From assembly GCA_003220225.1 (NCBI GenBank), contig QHRU01000049.1:21430-85429 (forward strand): a DNA stretch of 64,000 nt. The letters run 5' to 3'. The notes under the pieces are model-generated. The model had not been told where the DNA came from, did not search any database, and saw only the letters and a program-made list of their open reading frames with translations. Below are positions 1 through 9,141 of the stretch, piece after piece; the first letter of the stretch is position 1, and the number at the start of each line of letters is the position of its first letter. This stretch comes from Candidatus Rokuibacteriota bacterium (GTDB lineage: Bacteria > Methylomirabilota > Methylomirabilia > Rokubacteriales > CSP1-6). Position numbers and translations under genes: made by a program.

Positions 1-1
1 C

Positions 2-793
2 GACGACCAGTCGCGCGAGGCCGAGATTCGTAAGGCGATCCGGCTCACCGCGCAGATGCCCACGCTGGTCGCCGCCTGGGAGCGTCTGCGCCGCGGCAAG
101 GCCCCCGTCGCGCCGGATCCCAGGCTGAACCTGTCGGCCAACTTCCTCTACATGATGTTCGGCAGGAAGCCCAGCCCCCTCGCCGTGAAGACCTTCGACG
201 TCGCGCTGATCCTGCACGCCGATCACGAGTTCAACGCCTCGACGTTCGCGGCACGCGTCACCGCCGCCACCCTCTCGGACATGTACTCGGCGATCACCTC
301 GGCCATCGGCGCCCTCAAGGGGCCGCTGCACGGCGGCGCCAATGAGCAGGTGATGCTGATGGTCGACAAGATCAAGGACCCGGCGAAGGCGGAGGCGTGG
401 ATCAAGAAGGCCATCGCGGACAAGGCCCGCATCATGGGCTTCGGCCACCGCGTCTATCGCGTGGAGGATCCTCGCGCCAAGCACCTGCGCCGGCTCGCCA
501 CCGAGCTCGGCAAGCAGAACGGCGACGAGAGCAAGGTGAAAATCCTCAACATCGTCGCGCGCGTGATGACCGAGGAGAAGCACATCTACCCGAACGTGGA
601 CCTCTACTCCGGCGCGGGCTACGCGGCCATGGGCATCCCCACCGACCAGTTCACGCCGGTCTTCGCGATGAGCCGCGTGGCCGGCTGGGCCGCGCACGTG
701 CTCGAGCAGCACGGCAACAACCGGCTGATCCGGCCGCGCGCCGAGTACACGGGCGCCACGCGCGCCACCTACGTTCCCATCGCGCAGCGCTAG
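2..793 (+). CDS. citrate synthase family protein (citrate/2-methylcitrate synthase), 5'-truncated by window edge
   Basis: Frame is open from position 2. C-terminal region carries the citrate synthase signature GFGHRVYRVEDPR plus HADHEFNAST active-site region. Confidence 0.88.
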   Translation, partial: DDQSREAEIRKAIRLTAQMPTLVAAWERLRRGKAPVAPDPRLNLSANFLYMMFGRKPSPLAVKTFDVALILHADHEFNASTFAARVTAATLSDMYSAITSAIGALKGPLHGGANEQVMLMVDKIKDPAKAEAWIKKAIADKARIMGFGHRVYRVEDPRAKHLRRLATELGKQNGDESKVKILNIVARVMTEEKHIYPNVDLYSGAGYAAMGIPTDQFTPVFAMSRVAGWAAHVLEQHGNNRLIRPRAEYTGATRATYVPIAQR

Positions 794-803
794 AGCGGGC
801 GAC

Positions 804-1967
804 GTGCCGGCCCTCGGTGTCGGCATCGTCGGCGCCCGCTTTGCGGCGGACCTGCACGCCGTCAACTACCGTCCACTCGTTCCCGCCCGCGTGAGGCTGG
901 CCGCCGTCTGCTCGCGCACGCGCGCGGACGTCGAGAAGTTCGCCAGGCATCACGAGATCCCGCGCGCGTTCACCGACGTGCGGCAGCTGGTCGAGTGTCC
1001 CGACGTGGACGTGGTCGACGTGTGCTCGACCACGGACAGCCACCACGAGGTCGCCATCGCCGCCGCTCGCGCCGGCAAGCACGTGATCGTGGAGAAGCCG
1101 CTCACCGGCTTCTTCGGGCCCGCCGACGTCGACCGCCAGCGGATGCTCGACACGGCGCTGCGCAACGCCGACGCCGTGCTCGACGCCGTCGCCAAAGCCG
1201 GCGTCGTCCTCTGCTACGCGGAGGACTTCGTCTACGCGCCACCGGTGGCCAAGCTGCGCCGGCTGCTGGACGCGAGCGGCGGCGCGATCATGGAGTTGCG
1301 CGCGGAGGAGAGCCACTCCGGCTCGCACTCCGCCTACGCTCGGCGCTGGCAGACGGCGGGCGGCGGCGCCCTGCTGCGCATGGGCAGCCATCCCGTCGGC
1401 GTCGTGCTCCACCTCAAGCACCACGAGGGCCTCCGGCGCTCCGGCAAGCCGATCCGCGCGCGCTCGGTGCTGGCCGACGTGGCCCAGCTGACGAAGCTGC
1501 CCGGCATCGCGGGCAAGACGCCGCACCACCGCACGGCGGTGGAGGACGTGGAGGACTGGTCGGTGGCGCTCATCACGTTCGAGGACGGCACGAAGGCCAC
1601 CGTGCACAGCAACGACGTCACCCTCGGCGGCGTCCGCAACACCGTGACCGCGTATCTCACCAACGCCGTGATCAACGCCAACATCACGCCGAACACGACG
1701 CTGACGGCCTACGCGCCCGACGCCGCCGTGTGGGGCGACGAGTACATCAGCGAGAAGGTCGAAACAAAATCGGGATGGCAATTTCCAAGTCCTGAGGAAG
1801 ATTGGATCCGCGGCTATCCGCAAGAGCTGGAGGATTTCGTGGCCGCTATTACCGAGCGGCGCGAGCCGCTCTCGGGCGGCGCGCTCGCGCGCGAGACGGT
1901 CGAGGTCATCTACGCGGGCTATCTCTCCGCCGCCACCGGCCGTCGCGTGGACCTGGCGCGCACATGA
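804..1967 (+). CDS. Gfo/Idh/MocA family NAD(P)-dependent oxidoreductase
   Basis: GTG start. N-terminal Rossmann GVGIVGAR...AVCSR. EKP motif (HVIVEKPL) typical of Gfo/Idh/MocA. Strong GC3 bias. Confidence 0.78.
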   Translation: MPALGVGIVGARFAADLHAVNYRPLVPARVRLAAVCSRTRADVEKFARHHEIPRAFTDVRQLVECPDVDVVDVCSTTDSHHEVAIAAARAGKHVIVEKPLTGFFGPADVDRQRMLDTALRNADAVLDAVAKAGVVLCYAEDFVYAPPVAKLRRLLDASGGAIMELRAEESHSGSHSAYARRWQTAGGGALLRMGSHPVGVVLHLKHHEGLRRSGKPIRARSVLADVAQLTKLPGIAGKTPHHRTAVEDVEDWSVALITFEDGTKATVHSNDVTLGGVRNTVTAYLTNAVINANITPNTTLTAYAPDAAVWGDEYISEKVETKSGWQFPSPEEDWIRGYPQELEDFVAAITERREPLSGGALARETVEVIYAGYLSAATGRRVDLART

Positions 1968-2836
1968 TCCCATTCACCAAGGGGCACGGGCTCGGCAACG
2001 ACTACATCGTCATGGACGAGGCCGACCTGCCGCGTCCGCTCGACACGCGGGCCATCGAGCGCGTCTGCGACCGCAACTGGGGCGTCGGCTCCGACGGCAT
2101 CTTGCTGAAGGTGCCGTCGACCCGTGCGGACTTCGGGCTGCGCATCTTCAATCCCGACGGCAGCGAGGCCGAGAAGTCGGGCAACGGCCTCCGCATCTTC
2201 GCCAAGTACCTGTGGGACCACGGGCACGCGCGCGGCCGCACGACGTTCAGCGTCGACACGAAGGGCGGCGTGGTGGAGTGCACGTGCCACGAGCGGGACG
2301 GCCGCGTGAGCTTCGTCACCGTCGAGATGGGCACGGCGAGCTTCCGCTCCTCGGCGATTCCGATGACCGGCCCCGACCGCGAGACGGTGGCGGTGCCGCT
2401 CGTGCTGCCGGACGGCGGCAAGGTCACGGCCACGGTCGTGTCCGTGGGCAACCCCCACTGCGTCGTCTTCGTGGACCGTCTCGACGAGGCCGAGGCCAGG
2501 CGCGTCGGCCCGCTGCTCGAGCGGCATCCCGTGTTTCCCCAGCGCACCAACGTGCAGTTCGCGCGCACGGCCGGACCCGACACGCTCGACATCCTGATCT
2601 GGGAGCGCGGCGCCGGCTACACGCTGGCCTCGGGCTCGTCGTCCTGCGGCGCGGCGTCGGCGGCGGTGAAGAACGGCCACTGCCGCCACGGGCGCGTCGC
2701 GGTGCGGATGCCCGGCGGCACGCTCGTCATCGAGGTGCGCCCCGACTGGTCGCTGCGGCTCGAGGGACCGGTGGAGGAGGTCTACACGGGCGCGCTGTCC
2801 GACGAGTTCGCGCGCGACTGGCTCGGCGGGGCGTGA
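1964..2836 (+). CDS. dapF: diaminopimelate epimerase
   Basis: MIPFTKGHGLGNDYIV N-terminus, SGNGLR and CGNPHCVVFV motifs. ATGA start/stop overlap with upstream gene. About 290 aa. Confidence 0.85.
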   Translation: MIPFTKGHGLGNDYIVMDEADLPRPLDTRAIERVCDRNWGVGSDGILLKVPSTRADFGLRIFNPDGSEAEKSGNGLRIFAKYLWDHGHARGRTTFSVDTKGGVVECTCHERDGRVSFVTVEMGTASFRSSAIPMTGPDRETVAVPLVLPDGGKVTATVVSVGNPHCVVFVDRLDEAEARRVGPLLERHPVFPQRTNVQFARTAGPDTLDILIWERGAGYTLASGSSSCGAASAAVKNGHCRHGRVAVRMPGGTLVIEVRPDWSLRLEGPVEEVYTGALSDEFARDWLGGA

Positions 2837-3417
2837 AGCGCGTCTGCGTCTTCGCCGGCTCCAACGCCGGCGCCCGGCCGGAATACGCGGCCGCCGCGCG
2901 CGCGCTGGCCGCGGCGTGCGCGACGCGCGGGCTCGGCATCGTCTACGGCGGCGGCTCCATCGGGCTCATGGGCGTGCTCGCCGACGCGGCGCTGGCGGCG
3001 GGCGTCGAGGTCGTCGGCGTGATCCCGCGGCCGCTCGCCACGAAAGAGCTCGCGCACGCGGGCCTCAGCGAGCTGCGCCTCGTCGAGAGCATGCACGAGC
3101 GCAAGGCCACCATGAATTCGGTGGCCGACGGCTTCATCGCGCTGCCCGGCGGTCTCGGCACTTTCGAGGAGGCGCTGGAAGTGCTCACGTGGTCGCAGCT
3201 CGGGATTCATGCGAAGCCGGTCGGGGTGCTGAACGTCGAGGGCTACTACGACGGGCTGTTACGCTGGCTGTCGCATGCGGTCGGCGAGGGGTTCGTGCGC
3301 CGCGAGCACCTCGGGCTGCTGCTGTTCGCCGACACGCCCGCCGAGCTGCTCGACCGCTTCGCGGCCTGGACGCCGCCACCCGGCCCACGTCCCTGGCTGC
3401 GTCCGACCCAGGCGTGA
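2833..3417 (+). CDS. LOG family protein (cytokinin riboside 5'-monophosphate phosphoribohydrolase-like, TIGR00730)
   Basis: GTG start overlapping dapF stop (GTGA). Motifs VFAGSN...GIVYGGGSIGLMG...ALPGGLGTFEE. Confidence 0.8.
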   Translation: MKRVCVFAGSNAGARPEYAAAARALAAACATRGLGIVYGGGSIGLMGVLADAALAAGVEVVGVIPRPLATKELAHAGLSELRLVESMHERKATMNSVADGFIALPGGLGTFEEALEVLTWSQLGIHAKPVGVLNVEGYYDGLLRWLSHAVGEGFVRREHLGLLLFADTPAELLDRFAAWTPPPGPRPWLRPTQA

Positions 3418-3542
3418 CAGGCGCTGAAGTCTCACTCCGCGTGGTGGCGGACCGGATGCTCGCGCTGCCGCGGAACGCGCAGGCCGAGGGCGCGCGCGAC
3501 GGTCTGACCGTCGTGCCCGAGTGAGCGCTGCGGCTCCGCCGC

Positions 3543-4064
3543 CTACGGTCGCACGACGAGGCGCGGGTGCCGCCGCCAGAAGTAGGCGGACATCGCGCCC
3601 GCCGCCAGCAGATTCGCGACGAGCACCGAAGGCCAGGGGATCAGGCGCAGCACGGGCGCCGCGAAGACGAGCGCGGCGGCGACGAAGCCGAACTCGAAGA
3701 CGACGGCGAACAGGAGCAGCCCGAAGCCCCACGACGGATTGCGCTCCACCATCCCGAGCAGCCGCGACGCGATACCGCCCAGCGCCGCGAAGACCAGCAT
3801 GTGGACCCACGTGAACATGCCGACCATCTCCAGCGAGACGGAGAGCGTCTCGGGCGAGCCGAGTGCCCCGCGCCGGAAGATGGCGGTGCCGAGCACGGTC
3901 GGCGTGTAGAGCGGGTGCCCGGCGGCGGTGTCGAGCAGCAGGAACCAGACCGCCACGGTGGCGGCGCCGATGACACCGGCGATCATGCCCTCCTGGTAGA
4001 GGCGCGCGGTGTCGGGGACGGGGTCGGACAGGGCGTCGACGGTCGGGGTCACGCGAGCGGCCAT
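3543..4064 (-). CDS. hypothetical integral membrane protein (4-5 TM)
   Basis: ORF with strong GC3 bias and several hydrophobic helices. No recognisable catalytic motif. Confidence 0.5.
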   Translation of the reverse strand: MAARVTPTVDALSDPVPDTARLYQEGMIAGVIGAATVAVWFLLLDTAAGHPLYTPTVLGTAIFRRGALGSPETLSVSLEMVGMFTWVHMLVFAALGGIASRLLGMVERNPSWGFGLLLFAVVFEFGFVAAALVFAAPVLRLIPWPSVLVANLLAAGAMSAYFWRRHPRLVVRP

Positions 4065-4126
4065 GATCGGCTCCTTCCCGGGTCCGATCGACCCTCTCTC
4101 TGGGACGCGCCGATTCTACTCCCGCT

Positions 4127-4279
4127 CAGTCCCAGCGAGGCTGGCGCGGCGGGGGAGGCCACGACGTGGCGCCCGGCGCGCACGCGACGTGGTACATCTC
4201 GCCGTCGAAGAAGACGAGGGTTTCGCCATCGTCGATGACGCCGCCGCACGCCGGGCAGGTGCGCTCCCGCTCGTCCATG
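4127..4279 (-). CDS. small zinc-ribbon-like protein (about 50 aa), not in ORF track
   Basis: Hand translation of minus strand: MDERERTCPACGGVIDDGETLVFFDGEMYHVACAPGATSWPPPPRQPRWD. Carries a CxxC...HxxC arrangement. Strong GC3. Sits between the GAF sensor and the membrane protein on the same strand. Confidence 0.4.
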
Positions 4280-4330
4280 CATCCAGTCTACCGCCGGGGT
4301 GAAGCCCGGCTGGGGGCGCAGGTCGAAGGC

Positions 4331-5653
4331 TTACCTCGTCGGCGGGTCCGTCTCGCTCGAGCGTCGCAAGTCGAGCATCGGCGGCAGGTTCGGCGCGGTG
4401 TCCAGATCCTCGAGCCGGGTGATCTGCGTCATGTGCCCGACGATCTCCCCGATACGTGCCGCGGCGGCGAGGATGCGGTCGAAGCGATGGCGCTCCGCGA
4501 CACCGGGTCGGTCCGCGAGTATCTGGGCGTGCCCGACGATGATCGCCAGGGGATTGTTGATCTCGTGAGCGGCGGCGTTCGCCAATCGCGTCACCGCCCG
4601 AAGCCCTTGAGCACGCACCTCCGCCTCGAGCAGTCGCGCGTTCTGCAGGAGAATCGAGGCTTGCTGGCCGATCGCCTGGAGAAGCGCGATCTCCCCCACC
4701 GACAAGCGGCGGGGCTGCGTCCACCAGACGAGGTGCAGGACGCCGGAGACCTGGGCGCCGCCGAGCAGGGGAATGAACGCGCAGGAGCGATGGGGGAATC
4801 GCGCGAAAAAGCTGTTGGCGAACCGCGCGTCGTTCGGCGCGTCGTCGCTCCACACGACCTGGCCTTGCTCGAGCAGGGCGTCGCTGAAGCGCGCGTCCAC
4901 GAGGGGCAACCGCGCCTCCCGGAGTCCCTCACGCACCGCCTCCGGGATGTGGTAGCCGGCGACGGGCGACACCTCGGCGCGCTGACGGTCGATCACGTAC
5001 GCCGCCACGGTGTCGGCGCCGGTCAGGCGACCGAGCTCGCGACAGATCAGCCGCAGCGCGCCGGTGAGATCGCTGGTGGCGCCGAGGATTCCTGCGACGG
5101 ACACCAGCGCGGCCATCTCGCGGACCCGGGCGTCGAGCGCGCTGCGGCTGGCTTCGAGCTCCTCGCGCTGCCGGCGCGCCTCGTTCTGTCGGCGAGCCTC
5201 CTCGAGCACGGCCGCGGCCTGCCCGACGAAACCCGCCACACCCTTCCGCTGGGTCGCCGTCAGCTCGATCGGAGCCCGGGCGTCGAGCGCCAGGACCCCG
5301 AGGAGCCGCCCGTCAACCACCAGCGGTGCGCCGGAGAAGCTCGCAAGACCGTGACTCTTGCGCCAGTCGTGTCCGACAAAACGGGCATCGCGGAAGACGT
5401 CGGAAATCTCGAGCGGCGCGCGGTTGGCGGCGATCCATCCCACGGCGCCGACACCGTACGGGAGCGTCACCAGCGGGAGGCTCGCGGCGCCCTCGCCGAG
5501 CGCCGCGGCCACGCTCAGCGTGCGAGTGCGTTCGTCGGCCGACCACAACGTGACGAGTGCGACGCTGGTCAGCGCCGCGAGGTCGCGCGCGACGTGCTCC
5601 AGCGACGTCTTCGCCTCGGGTGGGAATTGCGCGCCGGGCGGCTCGACACTCAT
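4331..5653 (-). CDS. GAF-domain sensor protein with C-terminal HisKA (DHp) domain but no HATPase_c domain
   Basis: Start placed at the internal ATG (MSVEPPGAQ...) because the upstream 270 aa of the track ORF is high-GC artifact overlapping another gene. Two GAF-like regions, then H-box AAHEINNPLAIIVGHAQIL, then only about 70 aa before the stop. Confidence 0.7.
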   Translation of the reverse strand: MSVEPPGAQFPPEAKTSLEHVARDLAALTSVALVTLWSADERTRTLSVAAALGEGAASLPLVTLPYGVGAVGWIAANRAPLEISDVFRDARFVGHDWRKSHGLASFSGAPLVVDGRLLGVLALDARAPIELTATQRKGVAGFVGQAAAVLEEARRQNEARRQREELEASRSALDARVREMAALVSVAGILGATSDLTGALRLICRELGRLTGADTVAAYVIDRQRAEVSPVAGYHIPEAVREGLREARLPLVDARFSDALLEQGQVVWSDDAPNDARFANSFFARFPHRSCAFIPLLGGAQVSGVLHLVWWTQPRRLSVGEIALLQAIGQQASILLQNARLLEAEVRAQGLRAVTRLANAAAHEINNPLAIIVGHAQILADRPGVAERHRFDRILAAAARIGEIVGHMTQITRLEDLDTAPNLPPMLDLRRSSETDPPTR

Positions 5654-5661
5654 GCTGTCGC

Positions 5662-6810
5662 TCAGCGCGCGGCGACGCGGTCGGCGAGGCGCGCGGCGAG
5701 CCATCCGCCGGCCACGGCCGCCGCGAGCGTGAGCGCGATGCCCACGGCCATCGTCGCGGCGTCCGGATGCACGTGAGCGAGCGCCCTGGAGCCGAGCATC
5801 CGCGGCAACATGACGATCAGCAGGCCGGCGCCGAACGCGAGCGAAGCCGCGCGCGGACGGCGGCGCGCGTCGACGAGCGCCAGCAGCGCGGCGCCCACCA
5901 CCGGGAAGACGCGCGGCAGCGCGGAGCCGCCGACCGGCGTGCCGTTGCGGCGCGCCATCTCGTGCGCCACCGCGATCGGCGACGTGCCGTCGTCGGCGGC
6001 CAGCACCTCCTGGATTGTCGAGGCGGGCTGCAGCAGCGCGAAGCCCGCGCCGGCGACAGCGACGATGGAGAGCTGCGTGAGAAAGCCCAGGAGCACGACG
6101 GCCACCGGCGCCCAGCGCAGCCCGGAGAGCCGCGCGCCCAGCACCAGGCTGAACGCGAAGAGCAGCGCGGCCAGCACGGGCCACGTGAAGAAGGAGAGGC
6201 CGCCGTGGAGGAACGCGATCCGCCACGACGGATCGGTGGCGATCGCGAACGTCCCGAAGAGAAACGTGGTGGCCAGCGCCAGCGCGAAGGCCCGGGCCCA
6301 CGACCCTACCGGCCACGCCTCGCGCGCGATCAGCAGGCAGGCGAGCGTGTTGACCTGGGCGCCCAGGAGCCCGAGCAGATGCGGCGGGCTCCACAGCGTG
6401 ATGTCGGGACCGAACAGCCGGTGCGAGAGGTCGTCGATCGGCGCCGCCACGATCACGAGCGCCATGCCGAGCCACGCCAGGTGGAAGCCGCGCGTGCCGA
6501 CGAGGCCGAGGAGCCTGATCGCGCCCGGTGTGGGCCCGCGCTCGCGCGCCGTCCAGCTCTCGACGGCGATCACGCCGAGCGACACGATGACGGCCACGGC
6601 CACCGACGCGTAGATGAGGATGTGCGGCGCGATCCAGAACGAGTCGCGGCCGATCAGCACGTGCCAGCGGATGTCCCAGCCGAGCCCCCAGCCCGCGGTG
6701 AGCTTGCTCGTCAGCAAGATGCCCAGCGCGGCGCGGCGGAGGGCGACGACGTCGACGTCGGTGGCGACGCCGGGGACGGCGAGGGCGCCGGGGCGGCTCA
6801 TGGGCCGCAT
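5662..6810 (-). CDS. polytopic membrane protein of unknown function (about 10 TM)
   Basis: 382 aa, highly hydrophobic. Start overlaps the PolX stop and the end abuts the GAF sensor start, consistent with operon membership. Confidence 0.55.
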   Translation of the reverse strand: MRPMSRPGALAVPGVATDVDVVALRRAALGILLTSKLTAGWGLGWDIRWHVLIGRDSFWIAPHILIYASVAVAVIVSLGVIAVESWTARERGPTPGAIRLLGLVGTRGFHLAWLGMALVIVAAPIDDLSHRLFGPDITLWSPPHLLGLLGAQVNTLACLLIAREAWPVGSWARAFALALATTFLFGTFAIATDPSWRIAFLHGGLSFFTWPVLAALLFAFSLVLGARLSGLRWAPVAVVLLGFLTQLSIVAVAGAGFALLQPASTIQEVLAADDGTSPIAVAHEMARRNGTPVGGSALPRVFPVVGAALLALVDARRRPRAASLAFGAGLLIVMLPRMLGSRALAHVHPDAATMAVGIALTLAAAVAGGWLAARLADRVAAR

Positions 6811-6811
6811 T

Positions 6812-8527
6812 CTACCCGCGACGGGTCCAGGCCAGCAGGTCGTCGAGCGAGCGCGTGTTGAGGATCTGCGCGGGGCCGAGCCAGGCGCGCCGGGCGACGG
6901 CGACGCCGAGGTCGACGTTGTCGAGCTCGGAGAGGTAGTGCGTGTCGGTGCTGATCGAGAGCGGCACGCCTGCCTCCGCCGCGCGCCGCGCGTGGACGTC
7001 GTTGAGGTCGAGCCGCTCGGGTGAGGCGTTGATCTCGACGGCCTTGCCGTGGGCGCGCGCGGCGGCGAAGACGGCGTCGAGGTCCACGTCGTAGGGCTCG
7101 CGCGAGCCGAGCCGCCGGCCGGTGGGGTGGCCGAGGATGTCCACGTGGGGACTCTCGAGCGCCCGCACGATGCGCGCGGTCATCGTCGCGCGGTCCTGCT
7201 TGAAGCGCGAGTGCACCGAGGCGACGACCACGTCCAGCTCGGCCAGCACCTCGTCGGGAAAGTCGAGACGGCCATCCTCGAGGATGTCGCACTCGCTGCC
7301 GGCCAGGATCCGGATCGCGTGACGCGCCTGCACCGCGCGGATCTCGGCGCGCTGCTGGCGCAGGCGCTCCACGCTGAGGCCCTGCGCGATCGTGAGCGAG
7401 CGCGAGTGGTCGGACACGATGACGTACTCGTAGCCGCGGGCCTCGGCCGCCTCGACGAGGCGCTCGAGCGGATGGTGGCCGTCCGACCACTCCGTGTGGT
7501 CGTGAAGGTCGCCGCGTAGCTGCGCGCGCTCGACGAGCGCGGGCAGCCGGCCTTCCCGCGCCGCGTCGATCTCACCGCCATCCTCGCGCAGCTCGGGCGG
7601 GATCCAGGGCAGGCCGACGGCCGCGTAGACGTCTTCCTCCGTCTCGCCGGCCACGCGCGCGCCCGTCGCCTCGTCGAACACGCCGTACTCGCTGATCTTC
7701 AGCCCCCGGCGCACGGCCATCTCGCGCAGGCGCACGTTGTGGGCCTTGGAGCCCGTGAAGTACTGGAGCGCGGCGCCGAACGCCTCGGGGGCCACCACGC
7801 GCAGGTCGACGGCGAGGCCGTCCTGGTGCCGGACGGAGGCCTTGGTCTCGCCGCGCGCGGTGACCTCGGCCACCGACGGCAGGCTGACGAGGGTCTCGAT
7901 CACGCGCGCGGGCGCCGTGGAGGTGACGAGGATGTCGATGTCCTTCACCGTCTCGCGCATGCGCCGCAGCGAGCCCGCGATCTCCAGCCGCTCGACGCCG
8001 CCGTGCGCGCTCAGCGCGAGCGCGACCTGTCGTGCCACCTCACGTGCGGCTGGCAGCAGCGCGCGCGCGCGGCCGGCCCTGTGCTGCGCGATCGCCTTCA
8101 GGAGGTTCTCGCAGGTCTTCTTCTGGATGCCGGCCACGCCGATGATCTGGCCGCTGCGGCACGCCGCTTCGAGCCGCTCGATGGTGTCGATGCCCGCGAC
8201 CTCCCAGAGCGCGCGGGCGGTGCGCGGGCCGAGGCCCCGGACCTCGAGCAGGCTCAGGAAGTCGGGCGGCAGGTTCTCACGGAGCCGCTCGAGCAGCTCG
8301 ATGCGGCCGGTGGTCAGATACTCCTCGATGCGCGCGCCGATCTCCTTGCCGATGCCCGGCAGGGCCCGCAGACCGCCGCGCGCGGCGACGGCGGCGACGT
8401 CCTCCGAGAGGGTCTCCAGCGTCTGGGCGGCGCGCTGCCAGGCGCGGATGCGGAAACGGGACTCGTCGCGCACCTCGAGGAGGCTCGCCATCTCGTAGAA
8501 GAGCCGCGCCAGCTCGAAATTCGTCAC
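6812..8527 (-). CDS. polX: DNA polymerase/3'-5' exonuclease PolX (family X polymerase with C-terminal PHP domain)
   Basis: GTG start at VTNFELARLFYEMASLLE, matching the PolX N-terminus. HhH/GIGKxIA motifs. Pol beta-like core. C-terminal PHP motifs GDLHDHTEWSDG...VIVSDHS...HSRF...ISTDTH. Confidence 0.85.
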   Translation of the reverse strand: MTNFELARLFYEMASLLEVRDESRFRIRAWQRAAQTLETLSEDVAAVAARGGLRALPGIGKEIGARIEEYLTTGRIELLERLRENLPPDFLSLLEVRGLGPRTARALWEVAGIDTIERLEAACRSGQIIGVAGIQKKTCENLLKAIAQHRAGRARALLPAAREVARQVALALSAHGGVERLEIAGSLRRMRETVKDIDILVTSTAPARVIETLVSLPSVAEVTARGETKASVRHQDGLAVDLRVVAPEAFGAALQYFTGSKAHNVRLREMAVRRGLKISEYGVFDEATGARVAGETEEDVYAAVGLPWIPPELREDGGEIDAAREGRLPALVERAQLRGDLHDHTEWSDGHHPLERLVEAAEARGYEYVIVSDHSRSLTIAQGLSVERLRQQRAEIRAVQARHAIRILAGSECDILEDGRLDFPDEVLAELDVVVASVHSRFKQDRATMTARIVRALESPHVDILGHPTGRRLGSREPYDVDLDAVFAAARAHGKAVEINASPERLDLNDVHARRAAEAGVPLSISTDTHYLSELDNVDLGVAVARRAWLGPAQILNTRSLDDLLAWTRRG

Positions 8528-8572
8528 CCCATGCAATTTACCACCCGGGCGCGTGATACACTCCGCTCGCCA

Positions 8573-8944
8573 GTGATCGCGACGTGGTGCTGGGACCTCC
8601 TCGAGCCGTACCTCCGGCGCAACCTCACCAACCGCGGCGTCGAGCGGCCGACGCGCAAGCACGTGCTGGAAGAATTCGCGCGCGTGTGGCCCGACGTCAC
8701 GGCCACCCTCGGCGTGCAGGAGCCCTACGCCGGGACCATCCGGTTCAAGTGGCTCGTGCGCCTGCCGTCGGCCGACGCGGAGCCGTTCCTCGACGACCCC
8801 GAGGGCTGGATCGCCGCGCGCTACGGCGGCGGCAAGTTCAAGCTCAACCTGCACCACGGCATGCACTTCGTGAACACGAAGAATTTCAAGCCCGCGGGCG
8901 AGCCGCGCTGGGCCGAAGTTCCGGCGTTGGACCTGGACGCGTAA
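8573..8944 (+). CDS. hypothetical protein
   Basis: Track ORF trimmed to an in-frame GTG where GC3 bias begins. The upstream ATG codons are AT-ending and overlap the PolX 5' end. No recognisable domain. Confidence 0.4.
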   Translation: MIATWCWDLLEPYLRRNLTNRGVERPTRKHVLEEFARVWPDVTATLGVQEPYAGTIRFKWLVRLPSADAEPFLDDPEGWIAARYGGGKFKLNLHHGMHFVNTKNFKPAGEPRWAEVPALDLDA

Positions 8945-8958
8945 ATCGGGGGACGACG

Positions 8959-9141
8959 ATGCCGAGCGAGGAAACGCGGCGGGTGCTCAAGGTGTTCGGC
9001 GTGGCGGTGACCAATCTCGAAGACGCGATCGACCGCAAAGCCCCGGTGGCGGAGATCATGAAGTGGGACGCCGAGGTGGCCGAGCGCACGCGCGAGGTGC
9101 TCTCGCTGGTGGACCGGCTCCGCAGCCGCCGCATCGGGTGA
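8959..9141 (+). CDS. small hypothetical protein (60 aa)
   Basis: ATG preceded by GGGGGA RBS. Strong GC3. Stop overlaps the GTG of the downstream gene (GTGA). Confidence 0.45.
   Translation: MPSEETRRVLKVFGVAVTNLEDAIDRKAPVAEIMKWDAEVAERTREVLSLVDRLRSRRIG

Noticed and set aside
651-1973. 440-aa minus-strand ORF antisense to the Gfo/Idh/MocA gene
   Set aside because: Arg/Ala/Gly-rich low-complexity translation typical of antisense frames in 70% GC DNA. It overlaps a well-supported gene and has no domain motifs. Many similar long antisense or alt-frame ORFs were rejected for the same reason, including 995..1795, 2212..3417 N-terminus, 4166..5776, 5557..6861, 9978..11339, 12337..14403, 12660..15392, 19425..22169, 19691..21871, 22378..24195, 25311..27278, 29293..31956, 35594..37255, 40422..41750, 57980..59983, 59499..60830 N-terminus and 60669..63980.
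2833-2836. Overlapping stop/start junctions (ATGA/GTGA) as regulatory features
   Set aside because: These are common translational-coupling arrangements in high-GC genomes. They are noted in the gene evidence but not called as separate regulatory features.
5654-6475. N-terminal 270-aa extension of the 714-aa ORF containing the GAF sensor
   Set aside because: The extension runs through the upstream membrane-protein gene in another frame and is Arg/Ala/Gly low-complexity. A clear ATG with GAF-domain sequence begins at 5653.
9063-9140. Cobalamin riboswitch upstream of the BtuF-like binding protein
   Set aside because: The upstream space is occupied by two small CDSs with coding-type GC3 bias. 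No B12-box-like sequence was seen.
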